Origin: Pachysolen tannophilus NRRL Y-2460
Lineage: Eukaryota
Direction: 5' to 3'
Length of the DNA stretch: 64,000 nt
Assembly: GCA_001661245.1 (NCBI GenBank)
Contig: KV454015.1
Span: 1,155,759-1,219,758 of the forward strand
Positions 32,045-44,104 of the stretch are shown here, in pieces. The position numbers were made by a program, and so were the translations under genes. Each line of letters starts with the position of its first letter. The stretch's first letter is position 1. Below the pieces are notes generated by a model. That model was not told the origin of the DNA and did not search any database. It saw nothing but the letters and a program-made list of their open reading frames with translations.

Positions 32045-35000
32045 ATGGAACTTAATATTCAGAATTTAGTAGATGTGTTGCTGAAGTCTACTGCTCCTGA
32101 AAGAGAAGTTTATCGGCATGAGGCAGAAGATCAATTGAAAAAATGGGAAGTGGTACCAGGATATCATTACCTATTGCAAAGTATATATTTGGATACTTCC
32201 TTATCTTTACAAATACGATGGATTAGTGTTATATGTTTTAAAAATGGGGTAGAGAAATATTGGAGACAATCCCGAAAGAATTGTGTATCTAAGGATGAAA
32301 AATTAGAAATTAGGAAAAGATTATTTAATTTAATTGAGGAACCTAATAATCAATTAACTATACAAAATGCTCATGCAATTGCAAAGATTTGTCGATTTGA
32401 TTTCCCCGTTGAATGGCCTAGTTTATTTGAAGATTTGGATTTTTTTTTACAATCAAGTGCAAAGCAAAAAGAAATTGTAGGGTTACATAATTTATTAATT
32501 ATTTTAAACCAGATTATTAAGACTTTAGCTTCTGTAAGAATTGGAAGAACAAGATCTGCATTACAATCCAAGTCGGAATTTATAATGTCAGTCTTGGTTA
32601 AATTTTATGTCGAATTCTTCCAATCTTGGACAAAAGAGTTTGATGTAGCAGTAATGGAAGTTGGTTATATTTGTTTAAAAAATTTGAGAAGAATAATTGT
32701 AGAAGGTTTTGAATACCCTCATAGAGATCAATCTGTTTGTGATTTTTTCAAGATTAGTTTAAAACATTATCAAATGTTAATTATTGAACATGAAAATAAT
32801 TCTGTTGAATTATTAGAAAAATATATAAAATGTTATTCAAAATTATATTCTAATCTTATAAATAGCAATCCAACAGCTTTTATATTACTTCCTTCAAGTG
32901 AAGAAATTTTACTTTCAAATTTATCATTACTAGAATCAAAGGCTGAAATAGTTTATAATAGTGATGATGAAAACGACTTTTGGGAACAACTAGCTATAAG
33001 GTCTTTTTTGATGTTGAAAAAACTGTTAAATTATACTTTTAAAAAAGGTGCAACTGTATTAAAACAGAAAAATGATAGACTGGAAATTGATAAAAGTTTA
33101 GAACTCTTGAAAACAAAAATTTTTAAACAGGAAATCGTCGTTAGATTGTTTAATTTGATAATGACGTGGTATTTAAAATTAAGACCCACTGATTTGGAAT
33201 CATGGAGTGTAGAGCCAGAAGAATGGGTAAATGAGTCATTGAATACAAGCTGGGAATATCAAGTAAGGCCCTGTGCAGAAAATGTTTTCCAAGATTTAGT
33301 TTTATATTTTAAAGATCATTTGAAGAATTTTTTATTAAATCAAATTTCTGACAGATTATCTCTACTGAATTCTGGACAATCATTAAAAGATATCCTAGAA
33401 AAAGATTCTGTTTTTTGTGCTTTCCAATTATCAAGTTCATCTATATCTGATGAGATAGATTTCAATAATCTTCTAACAAATTTGTTTATTCCCGCGGGGA
33501 TGAGAAACGATATAACTGAGAATAGAATTATAAGAAGAAGAGTTTGCCTCATAGTGACAGAATGGATAGGAATGAATTGTTCCCGCGAAAGTCGAATCAA
33601 TATATATAAATATCTTTTGGTTTGTCTTGATCCAGCGGATAAGATTAACGATAAAGTTGTCAAACAAACAGCCGTACTGGCTTTAAGATATGTCATTGAT
33701 GATTGGGACTTTAACAAGACCGATTTTGACCCGTATTTGACTAAATTCGTGTCCTTGTTGATTAATTTAGTACCAGAATTATCTTTAACGGAATGTGTCT
33801 TATTTGTATTAAGAGTACTATCCGTTATTATTCAGCAAACTTCTCCATTACTGAATCAGGAAGTTCTTTTTGGAGTTATGTCCATTGTGCCCCAAATGTG
33901 GGAGAATTCAAATAATCTGAATGATATGATTTTAAAAGGAGATTTGTTAAGACTTTTAGAACATTTGACCAACTCATTAAATGATGCTTCTGTGGGAAGT
34001 TACCCTATATCTTTACCTTTAATAACTACCTGCTGTGACGATAAATCAGAATACTACCTGTTATTATCAGAAGATGGATATAATTTATGGTCAGCATTGT
34101 TGAAAAACTTTCCAGAAGAAGCAATGACTAACCTACCGGATGAGTTGATCAGAGATTTTGAAATAATTATCCAGGGTTTACTTAACTCCACTGAAATCTT
34201 GAATGTAATCCTTTCTATAATCCGAAGCTATGCTCTTATAGATTATCGTTTGTTCAATAATAACGAGAATAACAAAGGTTTAGAAATTTTTCGTACTTTG
34301 TCAGGATACTTGTCAAATATGCGTGACGACTCTTTATCGATTTTTGTTTCCATAATCGAAATTCTTGTATTAGAAAATCGTAAAGCACAGAATTCTACAT
34401 TATTACTATCAAATTTGGTTGAAAGCGGATTATTTAATGCAATGGTTGAGTACGGATTGGGAGATGTTCAAAATCCTTACAACTCTGTAAAAGTTCTCTT
34501 GGTACTACTAAGAATTGCCCATTTCTACCCTCAACAGTTTCCCTTAATGTTAGAACTGATAAACTCATCATTTCAAGGAGCAAATGGTGAAACTGATAGC
34601 AATAGGTTTTTTCAATATTTTCTTGATGAATGTTTATCAAAATATTCATCTATTACTGAACAACGAAATAAGAAAATTTTCTTTCTTGGGATCCTATCAC
34701 TATTTCAACCAACTAATAACGATGAAAAACGTGGAATAGTTTTGCTGCAGTTTTCGTCAATTTTACACAAATTGACTCAATTCTTAGAAGAAGTAAACGA
34801 GTCGATTAATGGTGATTGTGAAATATACCACAAAGGTTACAACTATGAGGATTATGAATATTTCTTAAATTCTGAAAATCAAGTTGACGGTGGGACTTTA
34901 CATGATAACAAAATGAATGGAGAAAGAAAAAGGTATGATTCAATGCTCAAAAATATAGATCCTGTACATACTGAGAATTTGAAAAGTTACACTTCAAAAG

Positions 35001-35104
35001 TTTTAATAGGATTGAAAGATGAATTAGGTGGAAACAAATTTGAGATGTTACTATCTGGGGTGGATGCAAGTACATTAGATCAATTAAAGTTGCTCATCGG
35101 ATGA
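32045..35104 (+). CDS. KAP120: Karyopherin Kap120 (importin-11 family)
   Basis: AEDQLKKWE, FKNGVEKYWR, RFDFPVEWP, EPEEW, RPCAE, RRRVC..EW, DDWDF, EDGY.LW. ATG at 32045. Confidence 0.88.
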   Translation: MELNIQNLVDVLLKSTAPEREVYRHEAEDQLKKWEVVPGYHYLLQSIYLDTSLSLQIRWISVICFKNGVEKYWRQSRKNCVSKDEKLEIRKRLFNLIEEPNNQLTIQNAHAIAKICRFDFPVEWPSLFEDLDFFLQSSAKQKEIVGLHNLLIILNQIIKTLASVRIGRTRSALQSKSEFIMSVLVKFYVEFFQSWTKEFDVAVMEVGYICLKNLRRIIVEGFEYPHRDQSVCDFFKISLKHYQMLIIEHENNSVELLEKYIKCYSKLYSNLINSNPTAFILLPSSEEILLSNLSLLESKAEIVYNSDDENDFWEQLAIRSFLMLKKLLNYTFKKGATVLKQKNDRLEIDKSLELLKTKIFKQEIVVRLFNLIMTWYLKLRPTDLESWSVEPEEWVNESLNTSWEYQVRPCAENVFQDLVLYFKDHLKNFLLNQISDRLSLLNSGQSLKDILEKDSVFCAFQLSSSSISDEIDFNNLLTNLFIPAGMRNDITENRIIRRRVCLIVTEWIGMNCSRESRINIYKYLLVCLDPADKINDKVVKQTAVLALRYVIDDWDFNKTDFDPYLTKFVSLLINLVPELSLTECVLFVLRVLSVIIQQTSPLLNQEVLFGVMSIVPQMWENSNNLNDMILKGDLLRLLEHLTNSLNDASVGSYPISLPLITTCCDDKSEYYLLLSEDGYNLWSALLKNFPEEAMTNLPDELIRDFEIIIQGLLNSTEILNVILSIIRSYALIDYRLFNNNENNKGLEIFRTLSGYLSNMRDDSLSIFVSIIEILVLENRKAQNSTLLLSNLVESGLFNAMVEYGLGDVQNPYNSVKVLLVLLRIAHFYPQQFPLMLELINSSFQGANGETDSNRFFQYFLDECLSKYSSITEQRNKKIFFLGILSLFQPTNNDEKRGIVLLQFSSILHKLTQFLEEVNESINGDCEIYHKGYNYEDYEYFLNSENQVDGGTLHDNKMNGERKRYDSMLKNIDPVHTENLKSYTSKVLIGLKDELGGNKFEMLLSGVDASTLDQLKLLIG

Positions 35105-35609
35105 AGAATCAAAAAATTAAGACAATGAATTTGTTGAATCGAAAGATTTCTTTTTTAATGTAAAACTACTGATTCATTATAATAATAATAATATTCCTTA
35201 GTACTTTAAAATTCAAAACCTTTTAATAATATGTGATTTGTTAAAAACAATAAATAAAAAATAAAAAAATATAAAAAAAAAATTATTAGAAATACTTCAA
35301 TACTTTTTTTTTTTTTTCTGACCTTTAATCTAACAACTGTGATTTTTATTCTTTTCACCGGAAATTTTAAATTGCCTGAATTAAAATCAAAACAGAGAAA
35401 ACCAAATGAAAAAATAAATAGAAAAAAAAAAAAAAAAAAAATAAAAATATAGTATAATGTTCTTTATGGTAATAGTTATAAAAATAAAAATAAAAATAAG
35501 ATGAAACAACACTTGTGTATACAACCCTCTTAATAAAAACTAACAAAAACAAAAACAAAAACAAAAAAAAAAATAAAAATAAAAATAAAAATAAAACAAA
35601 TCCAAACCT

Positions 35610-38195
35610 TCAATCCTTTTTCAAATTTTCTAATTTCACCGCGTTATCCAAAGCCATTAAAATAGTTTCATAACATATAACATATTGATTTAAAGTTTGT
35701 ACCATTGATATGCGTTGTCTTCTCAATTCATGGACTGTCTTGTAAATTAAATCATCATCACCCCAAAATTGTAATTCCCTGTGATACTGATAATGTCCAA
35801 TATCTTGATATTGATCTTTATCGTTATCTTCTTTGTTATTTTCTTTTGAATTTATTTTTTGTAAAGGATACAATTGCAGTTTCAATTTTGTATACGGTGT
35901 AGCATCCACAGAGTCCGATCTTCCAGAGATTGGTGTAACGCTTGACATATCTTTCATATCTTTCAGTGATGATGGATCTTCCAGTTCTAATGCCAGTAAA
36001 ATCAAATCTATAGTAATAAAAGTTCCAGTTCTTCCACATCCAGCTGAACAATGAACTGCAATAGGACTTTTTTCATTATTTACCAAACTTCTCTTCAATT
36101 CAATCAATCTAATAATAGAACTTGGTGAAGGTGGGATACCAAAATCAGGCCAATCTTTGAAAACTAATTGATGAATCAATCTGCTTGTAGAATTTTTACT
36201 AACTTCCAAAGTTCTAATAACGATATCCACATCTTCCACTAATTTTTCATGAATATTTCTGATTTCAATACCACTCTCATATTTCTGATTTGACCAATAA
36301 CTGTCCGATTTTCTAATTCCATTTTCATCAAGATTTGTTAAACAAACTATAATTTCAACTTTATTATACCAAATGGCTCTCCAAAAATCATCAAAAGTTG
36401 AAGGCAATGGCAGTTGTGTTGCTATATACCTGTTTTTGGAAATAGTTGGAACCATAACATAATTGGCATTAAAATAATCTCGATCATTCTCTACATTTTC
36501 CAACTCTTGACTATTACTATTTGTACTGCTGCCGTTCTTCAAAATATTATTATTTGCAGCATTAACAACCAGAGGTGAATGCAAATTTTTAACTCTTGAA
36601 TGTTCATAAGGCCAGATGTTTGAATACCTATTCTTACTTCCATACTCGATACCTTCAGGAAGAGTATAATTGATTTGATCACATGATGGGCAAGGTGCAC
36701 TTGGTGAACAAACTGAATCACAACAACAGTACAGTAGGTGCTGCGGTTGCTGCGGTTGTTGTAGTTGCTGTTGCAGTTGCTGTGTCAACAGGTGTTGACG
36801 AAGGCCTTCTTTGTTGCAACTACAATTTCTCTGAGGAACGTTTAAACGTACAACGTTTTCCAATCTTGTGTTTTCCAATTCTTCAATCTTGTTAAAATTT
36901 TTTTGTGCAATTTTAAAACCTTGTTTGGGATCAAGAAATGGTTTTAACCAGTTTGGTAACTGTTCACGATCCAATGAACAATTTGGTGGTAAATGTATAA
37001 TATCATCTTCCGAATCATAAGTGATACCTAAAAGAGGGACTTTTTTAATTGATGATGCAAAATTGCTACGGAATCCATTGTTTGAAGGTAAGGAAAATCC
37101 TGATAATGGAGCAGGAGAAACTTTAACATTTGCATTTGGAGCTGTTATTGCAGATAAATTAGATGAACTATCTGTTGTGCTAAACGACAGTGCAGATGTT
37201 GGAGAAGCTGGTGAAATTGGAGAATTTGAAACTTCCAAGGTGTCTATAATTGCCGATACTGGGTCTGTGGAAATTATATTTGAAACTCCATTATTAATAA
37301 CAAAAATAGAGACATTTTTTTGTAAATTTTTTTCTTCGAAATAGTTTATAAATTTTAAAACAGTTTGGTATAAATGGAAAGATGCATTGCATAAAGTACT
37401 TGCATCATCATACAATACAATTTTTAAATTTTCATTTTCATTATTAATATTATCCTTTTTTAAGTGTGCCAATTTGGATTGTAGAAATATTTGTTGATTT
37501 TTTTGCATTGAACCAATAACATTTTTTAATGTAAAAGTTTTTCTTTTCAATAATGTTGTTGGTACACAAACATTTAAAGAATGAATTATTCTTGACAGTA
37601 AATATGAGGTATAAGGTCTAACGTCTATCACTACTGTATGTTCATCATTTAAAAATCCCAAAGATAAATCATCTTTATCCAACAGTTTAACACAATCTGG
37701 AAGAACATAACTATGAATACAATTTCTTTTGAATCCAAAAAAGGATGGAGTTGATGTCTTATTCCCAGAAACAGCATCATGCACCTGAAGAAAACTAAAA
37801 TCTGGTTTCTTATCCAAAGATTTCGAGTTTTGTTGTTGTTGCTGCTGTTGATTTTCTAGGTATGTTGTATCTGTTTTCAACAATGGAACACCTTTTGTCA
37901 GAGGCGACATCATAGATGCCGAAGCAGCCGCGGAAGCAGCCGCTGATGTAGGTGTGGATCCCGATGCTGATGCCGATGCCGATGTCATTGTCAGTGTCGG
38001 CGCTTTCGCTAATGGCGCCGATGGCGCAGATGGGCTATTATTGAAATAATTTCCATTCTCTTTATTATTGTTATTCAAAAAAGTTGCAGCCGCCAATGAA
38101 GTGGTTGTACTTGGAGAATTTTCTTGTGAATGTGGATGTGAATGTGAATGTGAGTGAGAATGAGAATGAGAACGCGGGAAAATTGTAGTCGTCAT
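35610..38195 (-). CDS. MAPK tyrosine phosphatase, Ptp2/Ptp3 type (rhodanese-like + PTP domain)
   Basis: IDVRP..SLNVCVPTTLLKR rhodanese-like domain; KNRYSNIWPYEHSRV, DYFNANY, WPDFG, VHCSAGCGRTG, QRISMVQT. ATG at 38195. Confidence 0.92.
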   Translation of the reverse strand: MTTTIFPRSHSHSHSHSHSHPHSQENSPSTTTSLAAATFLNNNNKENGNYFNNSPSAPSAPLAKAPTLTMTSASASASGSTPTSAAASAAASASMMSPLTKGVPLLKTDTTYLENQQQQQQQNSKSLDKKPDFSFLQVHDAVSGNKTSTPSFFGFKRNCIHSYVLPDCVKLLDKDDLSLGFLNDEHTVVIDVRPYTSYLLSRIIHSLNVCVPTTLLKRKTFTLKNVIGSMQKNQQIFLQSKLAHLKKDNINNENENLKIVLYDDASTLCNASFHLYQTVLKFINYFEEKNLQKNVSIFVINNGVSNIISTDPVSAIIDTLEVSNSPISPASPTSALSFSTTDSSSNLSAITAPNANVKVSPAPLSGFSLPSNNGFRSNFASSIKKVPLLGITYDSEDDIIHLPPNCSLDREQLPNWLKPFLDPKQGFKIAQKNFNKIEELENTRLENVVRLNVPQRNCSCNKEGLRQHLLTQQLQQQLQQPQQPQHLLYCCCDSVCSPSAPCPSCDQINYTLPEGIEYGSKNRYSNIWPYEHSRVKNLHSPLVVNAANNNILKNGSSTNSNSQELENVENDRDYFNANYVMVPTISKNRYIATQLPLPSTFDDFWRAIWYNKVEIIVCLTNLDENGIRKSDSYWSNQKYESGIEIRNIHEKLVEDVDIVIRTLEVSKNSTSRLIHQLVFKDWPDFGIPPSPSSIIRLIELKRSLVNNEKSPIAVHCSAGCGRTGTFITIDLILLALELEDPSSLKDMKDMSSVTPISGRSDSVDATPYTKLKLQLYPLQKINSKENNKEDNDKDQYQDIGHYQYHRELQFWGDDDLIYKTVHELRRQRISMVQTLNQYVICYETILMALDNAVKLENLKKD

Positions 38196-38592
38196 TATAT
38201 CAATTATGTTATGTACTTCAAAAACAAGTAAAAAAACCAAAAAATTGATAAATCGTTCTTTCTTTCTTGTTGGTATAAATGATAATTACAAAACATAGAT
38301 CAATTAATAAATAACTAGTTTTGAAAATGGATTCAATATATTAATCAAATCTTTTGTTTGTATTAAAATAATAAAAATGGTTAAGTCAAAACAAACAAAA
38401 TTTTAATTAACCGCCAATGGAAAACTACTGGTATTAAACAAAGGAAAAAGGAAAAAAAATTATGTCAGGTGTACTAAATTATAATAAAAAATAAGAAAAA
38501 AAAAATAATGAATTCAAACCACTGCGAACCCCTTTTTTATTTTCCCCCAGATCCAAAATGAATCAAAAAATGATTGATAATTAATAATAATT

Positions 38593-38628
<36 letters not shown>

Positions 38629-39558
38629 TAATTAAATAAATTGATAAATATGATCACTCGTTGCTGACCTCTCTTGTTAAAAGAAAAAAGATTACAAAAG
38701 AAAAGGAAAAAACAATACAAAAGACACCAAGGAAGTTAACGATTCTATAGAGGAAAAGTCGGTCGTGCAAAAACAGATTTTTTTTTTTATTGTTTTTTTT
38801 TTTTCAAAAAAAATTATGATGTCATTTTACTATAAATAGAATTACGTAAGCCCTTAATTTTTTCTTTTTTTTCTTTTTTTCTTTGCTTTGTTTTGTTTTG
38901 TTTCTAGAAACTACTTGTTACCTTATTTTGGAAAATAGTGTAGGTAACTAGGTGTGATGAAACTAGGTACGGTAAAATGGGTAAATGGGGGGAATAAATG
39001 AATTTGTAAATAATTTTTTTATTTTTATTATTTTTTTTTTCTTTCTTTAGTTAACGGCGGAATGGTTTTTTTTTTTTAAAAAAAAAAAGATCAAAACCAA
39101 ACCAAACCAAAACTTTTAATAACTTTAAAAAAAAAACTTAACAGCGCATGGAATTGAACTAAAAAATTAAATAAACTGTAAATATGTTTCCGAAACATGA
39201 CGATGCCCATCTCCTTATTGTAAGAAACATTTTCTTCTGCAAGGTTTCTATTTCAAACATAGACATTATTTTTTGTTTTCTAGACTTTTCTTTTCTTTTG
39301 TTTTCTTTTCTTTTATTCTCATCTAGTTATTTTTCTTTTTTTTGGCGGAGGGAAGGGGGGGATGTGTATGTAAAGGAAGGGGGCGGATAGTGATAGAAGG
39401 TCACACACTTAAGCATTAATTCACATATAATATGCTGGAAAATAATGAAAATTATGAAAATCAAAAGTAGTGTCATAATGATCAAGTGTTTTTTTTCAGT
39501 TTGTCGTTCTTTTTTTACAAATTTTGAAATTTTTCTTCTATCTTTAATACCTGAAAAG

Positions 39559-39568
39559 AAAATTTTCA
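39559..39568 (-). promoter_or_regulatory. RRPE element upstream of HAS1
   Basis: AAAATTTTCA (= TGAAAATTTT) 170 bp before the ATG of a ribosome biogenesis gene. Confidence 0.5.
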
Positions 39569-39737
39569 CCTGAAAAAAAAAAAAAAAAAAAATTTTTTTT
39601 ACTTTTTCTTTTTTCGTCTTTATTGTTTAATCGCACACGACCAGAACAAATTGCAAATTTTTAAAGATATTTTAGTATCTGATTTAATAGAGTAAAATTA
39701 AGAAAAGAAAAGGGTATTTTTTGTTTTTTTTTTGGAC

Positions 39738-41519
39738 ATGGCTACGGAAAAGACAGTAAAGAGTAAGATCTTGAAAGGGAAGAAGAGGGGTCATGATGCT
39801 GACGGTGGGAAAGTGGTGCAAAACGGAGCGAAGAAACAGAAGCAGAAGCAGAAGCATGATGAGGATGATGAGGATGAGAATGAAGGTACAGATGAATTGG
39901 TACAAGAACTAGATGAAGAGTTTAATGAAGTTAGTGAATTATTAGGAGTTGACGTAGAACCTGAAACTGCGGAAAAGGAAGAAGAAGAAGAAGAAAAGGA
40001 AAACTCTGATGTTGAGAATGAATATGAAGATGAAAATGGGAATATTTCAAGACCACAGAATACAACCAAACAAGAAGAAATGCTGCAACAGACCATAGGA
40101 CAACAAGCTCATGGGAAAATTGCAGAGTCATTCAAAGAGTTGGAACTTTCAGAGCGTACTTTGAAAAGTATCTCGGAAATGGGGTTCACCAAAATGACTC
40201 AAGTTCAAGCAAGAACAATTCCTCCTTTATTAGCAGGTAAAGATGTCTTGGGTGCTGCAAAGACAGGTTCAGGTAAAACACTTGCTTTTTTAATTCCAGC
40301 TATTGAAATGTTACATTCTTTGAAGTTTAAACCAAGAAATGGGACTGGTGCTGTGATTATAACACCAACTAGGGAATTGGCCTTACAAATATTTGGTGTT
40401 GCTAGAGAATTGATGAATAATCATTCACAAACTTTTGGTATTGTAATTGGTGGAGCTAATAGAAGGGCAGAGGCTGAAAAATTAACAAAAGGTGTTAATC
40501 TATTGGTTGCCACACCAGGAAGATTATTGGATCATTTACAGAATACTAAAGGTTTTGTTTTCAAAAATTTAAAAGCATTAATTATTGATGAAGCAGATAG
40601 AATTTTAGAAATTGGTTTTGAAGAAGAAATGAAACAAATAATTAAAATTTTACCAAATGAAAATAGACAGACAATGTTATTTTCTGCAACACAAACTACA
40701 AAAGTTGAAGATTTAGCAAGAATTTCTTTAAGACCAGGTCCATTATATATTAATGTTGATCAAGAAAAGGATAGTTCTACAGTTGATGGTTTAGAACAAG
40801 GTTATGTTGTTTGTGATTCAGATAAGAGATTCTTATTATTATTTTCTTTTTTGAAAAAAAATCAAAAAAAGAAAATTATTGTGTTTTTATCATCTTGTAA
40901 TTGTGTGAAATATTATGGTGAATTATTAAATTATATTGATTTGCCTGTATTGGACCTTCATGGGAAACAAAAACAACAAAAGAGAACAAATACTTTTTTC
41001 GAATTTTGTAATGCAAAACAAGGAATTTTAATATGTACTGATGTTGCTGCAAGAGGATTAGATATTCCTGCAGTTGATTGGATCATTCAATTTGATCCTC
41101 CTGATGATCCAAGAGATTATATCCATAGAGTAGGACGTACAGCAAGAGGTTCAAATGGTAAAGGTAAATCTTTAATGTTTTTAACTCCATCAGAATTGGG
41201 ATTTTTACGTTATTTAAAAGCAGCAAAAGTTCCTTTAAATGAATACGAATTTCCTTCAAATAAAATTGCAAACGTCCAATCACAATTGGAAAAATTAGTT
41301 AAATCAAATTATTGGCTTCACCAATCTGCTAAAGACGGTTATAGATCGTATTTACAAGCTTATGCATCACATCACCTTAAAACTGTTTACCAAATAGATA
41401 AGATAGATTTAGCAAAAGTAGCCAAATCTTTTGGTTTCAGTGTACCACCAAAAGTCAATATAACAATCGGAGCCAGCGGAAAATCTTTGGATAAGAAGAA
41501 GAAAAACACACGAAAATAA
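39738..41519 (+). CDS. HAS1: DEAD-box RNA helicase Has1
   Basis: [55 protein letters not shown] at 39738. Confidence 0.96.
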   Translation: MATEKTVKSKILKGKKRGHDADGGKVVQNGAKKQKQKQKHDEDDEDENEGTDELVQELDEEFNEVSELLGVDVEPETAEKEEEEEEKENSDVENEYEDENGNISRPQNTTKQEEMLQQTIGQQAHGKIAESFKELELSERTLKSISEMGFTKMTQVQARTIPPLLAGKDVLGAAKTGSGKTLAFLIPAIEMLHSLKFKPRNGTGAVIITPTRELALQIFGVARELMNNHSQTFGIVIGGANRRAEAEKLTKGVNLLVATPGRLLDHLQNTKGFVFKNLKALIIDEADRILEIGFEEEMKQIIKILPNENRQTMLFSATQTTKVEDLARISLRPGPLYINVDQEKDSSTVDGLEQGYVVCDSDKRFLLLFSFLKKNQKKKIIVFLSSCNCVKYYGELLNYIDLPVLDLHGKQKQQKRTNTFFEFCNAKQGILICTDVAARGLDIPAVDWIIQFDPPDDPRDYIHRVGRTARGSNGKGKSLMFLTPSELGFLRYLKAAKVPLNEYEFPSNKIANVQSQLEKLVKSNYWLHQSAKDGYRSYLQAYASHHLKTVYQIDKIDLAKVAKSFGFSVPPKVNITIGASGKSLDKKKKNTRK

Positions 41520-41887
41520 GCATAGAGAAATTCCCATTATATATATATATATATAAAAATTATATAAATTATATATCTTGTAGTTATCTAGTTTTTTAAT
41601 TGAAAAATATAAAAAATTTTTCACTTTTATTTTTAAACGAAAGCAAAGAAAAAAAAAAAAAATTTTAAAAAATTTTCTCTTTTTCAAATCGGTATATGGA
41701 AATTAGTCATTTAACTAAACTAGACTCAATTATCTTATTGTCAGTAGATTGAACCACATATATGACTTTATCAATAACTTGAGACATCTTAGCCATTAAT
41801 TAGATATACTCTAATTACCAAAAAAGACCGGGAAAATATAGTTAGTTAGTTAGTTAGTTAGTTATATTTAAATCTAAAGAAAAAAAA

Positions 41888-42928
41888 ATGTCAAATGATC
41901 AAAACTCCAAAAACGAAAGCGAAATAGACGATTATGTTCTGGAAAATTTGGCTGAGTTATCCGTGAACCAGCCCACACCAAAATCACCATTGTCAAATCC
42001 AAGTAGTCGTCGTGCTGGTTATTTTGCTGCTCCAAGTTCGGTATTAAACAATGGGCTAGGACTCTCTACAACTGCGTTAAGTTCGGTTCATGGCTCATCG
42101 TCATCGCTAAATGGTAGTAGTGGTAGCGATACTGCAACTGCAACTTCAACTACAACTGGAAAGTATAATCATGGTAAATTTTCGAATAATAACCATCATC
42201 ATCCAACTCCTCTTCGGGATCCGGTTCACAGACAACAATTTGCTACACCTCTTAACACAAGACCGGCTTCACCGTATACATTAAACCCACCAGTTGATTC
42301 AGATGGATTATCATGGCCCTCAGTAGGTGCAAGAAAGAGATTAGAAAGTACTGAGGAAGAGGCTAGAGAAAGAGAATTGAAAATTGCAGATGCTGTAAAG
42401 ACAATATTAACAGAACTTGGTGAAGATGTAAATAGAGAAGGACTATTGGAAACACCAGAGCGTTATGCAAGAGCAATGTTATTTTTCACAAAAGGTTACG
42501 AAGATAATATTAAAGATGTGATCAAGAGAGCAGTTTTTGAAGAAGATCATGATGAAATGGTCATTGTTAAAGATATTGAAATTTACTCTTTATGCGAACA
42601 TCATTTGGTTCCATTTTTCGGTAAAGTGCATATTGGATATATTCCAAATAAGAAAGTGTTGGGTTTATCCAAATTAGCGAGATTGGCTGAGATGTATTCA
42701 AGAAGATTTCAAGTCCAGGAAAGGTTAACTAAACAAATTGCAATGGCTTTAAGTGATATCTTGAAACCTAGAGGTGTGGCTGTTGTAATTGAAGCAACAC
42801 ATATGTGTATGGTTAGTAGAGGTGTTCAAAAGACGGGTTCAAGCACATCCACAAGTTGTATGTTAGGCTGTTTCAGAAACCAGCAAAAAACCAGAGAAGA
42901 GTTTTTGACATTGTTGAGTAGAAAATAA
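41888..42928 (+). CDS. FOL2: GTP cyclohydrolase I, with long Ser-rich N-terminal extension
   Basis: [63 protein letters not shown]. Confidence 0.96.
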   Translation: MSNDQNSKNESEIDDYVLENLAELSVNQPTPKSPLSNPSSRRAGYFAAPSSVLNNGLGLSTTALSSVHGSSSSLNGSSGSDTATATSTTTGKYNHGKFSNNNHHHPTPLRDPVHRQQFATPLNTRPASPYTLNPPVDSDGLSWPSVGARKRLESTEEEARERELKIADAVKTILTELGEDVNREGLLETPERYARAMLFFTKGYEDNIKDVIKRAVFEEDHDEMVIVKDIEIYSLCEHHLVPFFGKVHIGYIPNKKVLGLSKLARLAEMYSRRFQVQERLTKQIAMALSDILKPRGVAVVIEATHMCMVSRGVQKTGSSTSTSCMLGCFRNQQKTREEFLTLLSRK

Positions 42929-43236
42929 ATCGAATGCAGAGAATAAGAGGAAGAAGAAAAAAAAATTTCAACAACTTTTTTTTCTTTTTATATATACTTT
43001 TTTGATTCTCTTGCTATGTTAATGTTCTTTTTTTTTTTGTTATTTTTATTTGTTTTAGTTAGATTTTTGTACTTTTTTTTTTGTTTTATTTTTACTTTCT
43101 AATGATTTATGGGAATTTTACTTCAACAGGTTATGTGAATTTTATTATTCAGTATATATATAAATAAATAATACAGTCTATATATATATATATATATTAC
43201 TTTTCTATTAAATGAAAATAAATTAATGCTTTTAAG

Positions 43237-43806
43237 TCATAAGGGGAAACTCATCAATTCAACTATTACTTCCAACTCATCTAAATCGTACAGAATATCC
43301 AATTCTAACATCCATTCTCTACCTTCTTCTTCATCTTCTACGTATCCTAATAAGTTTTTATCTACAAAATGGTAAGTAACAAGTTGACCATTTTTTTGAG
43401 AATCTTGGTATTTTTCTTCAAATTGAAAATTTGTCTTTAGTATATTGTTTAAATGTGGTAAAAGATCTCTTGAAATATAATGGGTCAATTTTTGCAAATA
43501 ATGATGACGAATTTGCATTCTCTTCTTTTTTTCATTTCTTTCTATTTCACTAGAAGTAGTTGTATTTTTAAAAAATTCCTTATGATGTTCAATTTCTATA
43601 GGATTAAATATTAACTTAAAATGAATAAATTTAAACTCAAATGTATCTCCCAATTCAAACGTTTCCACTAAAGATAACTCAAAATCTTTAAAATTATTGA
43701 AAACTTTCAACAGCTTATCACCATTATCATTGTCTTTATCGTTGGAAATTACATTTGCAGATTTGCATAACTTTACTGAATCTGAAAGTGTATCAGCTTT
43801 TGTCAT
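43237..43806 (-). CDS. Divergent Rgi1/Rgi2 (respiratory growth induced)-like protein
   Basis: MTK.D start, KVF....FE, H.KL.F.P, L..YI..DLL, VTYHF, GR.W.L.L...V.V....P pattern parallels Rgi1 by eye. Confidence 0.6.
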   Translation of the reverse strand: MTKADTLSDSVKLCKSANVISNDKDNDNGDKLLKVFNNFKDFELSLVETFELGDTFEFKFIHFKLIFNPIEIEHHKEFFKNTTTSSEIERNEKKKRMQIRHHYLQKLTHYISRDLLPHLNNILKTNFQFEEKYQDSQKNGQLVTYHFVDKNLLGYVEDEEEGREWMLELDILYDLDELEVIVELMSFPL

Positions 43807-44104
43807 TTTTTTTTTTTAAAAAAGAATAAATCAAATGAATAAATGAAAGAACAAGCCAAATCTATAATAGCAACAACTATATGACTTACTAAGACCACAC
43901 AATCTTATCTATATTTATAATTGGCCAACCTCTTTTTTTTTTACTATTTTTTTTTTTAAACGTGATATTTCTACTGCAACAATATGCGCACTAATATGAA
44001 AAATTTCTATTTTCATTAACTGGTCAGTTTTTTATATTCTTTTTTTTAAATTGAATTTTTCATTATTCCTCATATAACCTATATACTAATTCACTAATCT
44101 ATGC

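Noticed and set aside
35367..35564. Hydrophobic small ORFs in intergenic DNA (also 39184-39390, 39327-39569, 45944-46210, 53423-53608, 54212-54409, 62240-62449)
   Set aside because: Derived from poly(T)/poly(A) tracts (Phe/Lys runs); no coding-like composition or homology I can recognise.
38945..39000. C-box-like GTGATGA as a box C/D snoRNA
   Set aside because: No suitably placed CTGA D-box, terminal stem or recognisable rRNA guide.
39343..39390. G-rich patch as a G-quadruplex
   Set aside because: Only three G3+ runs with a long spacer; more simply STRE-like AGGGG promoter motifs, and unsupported either way.
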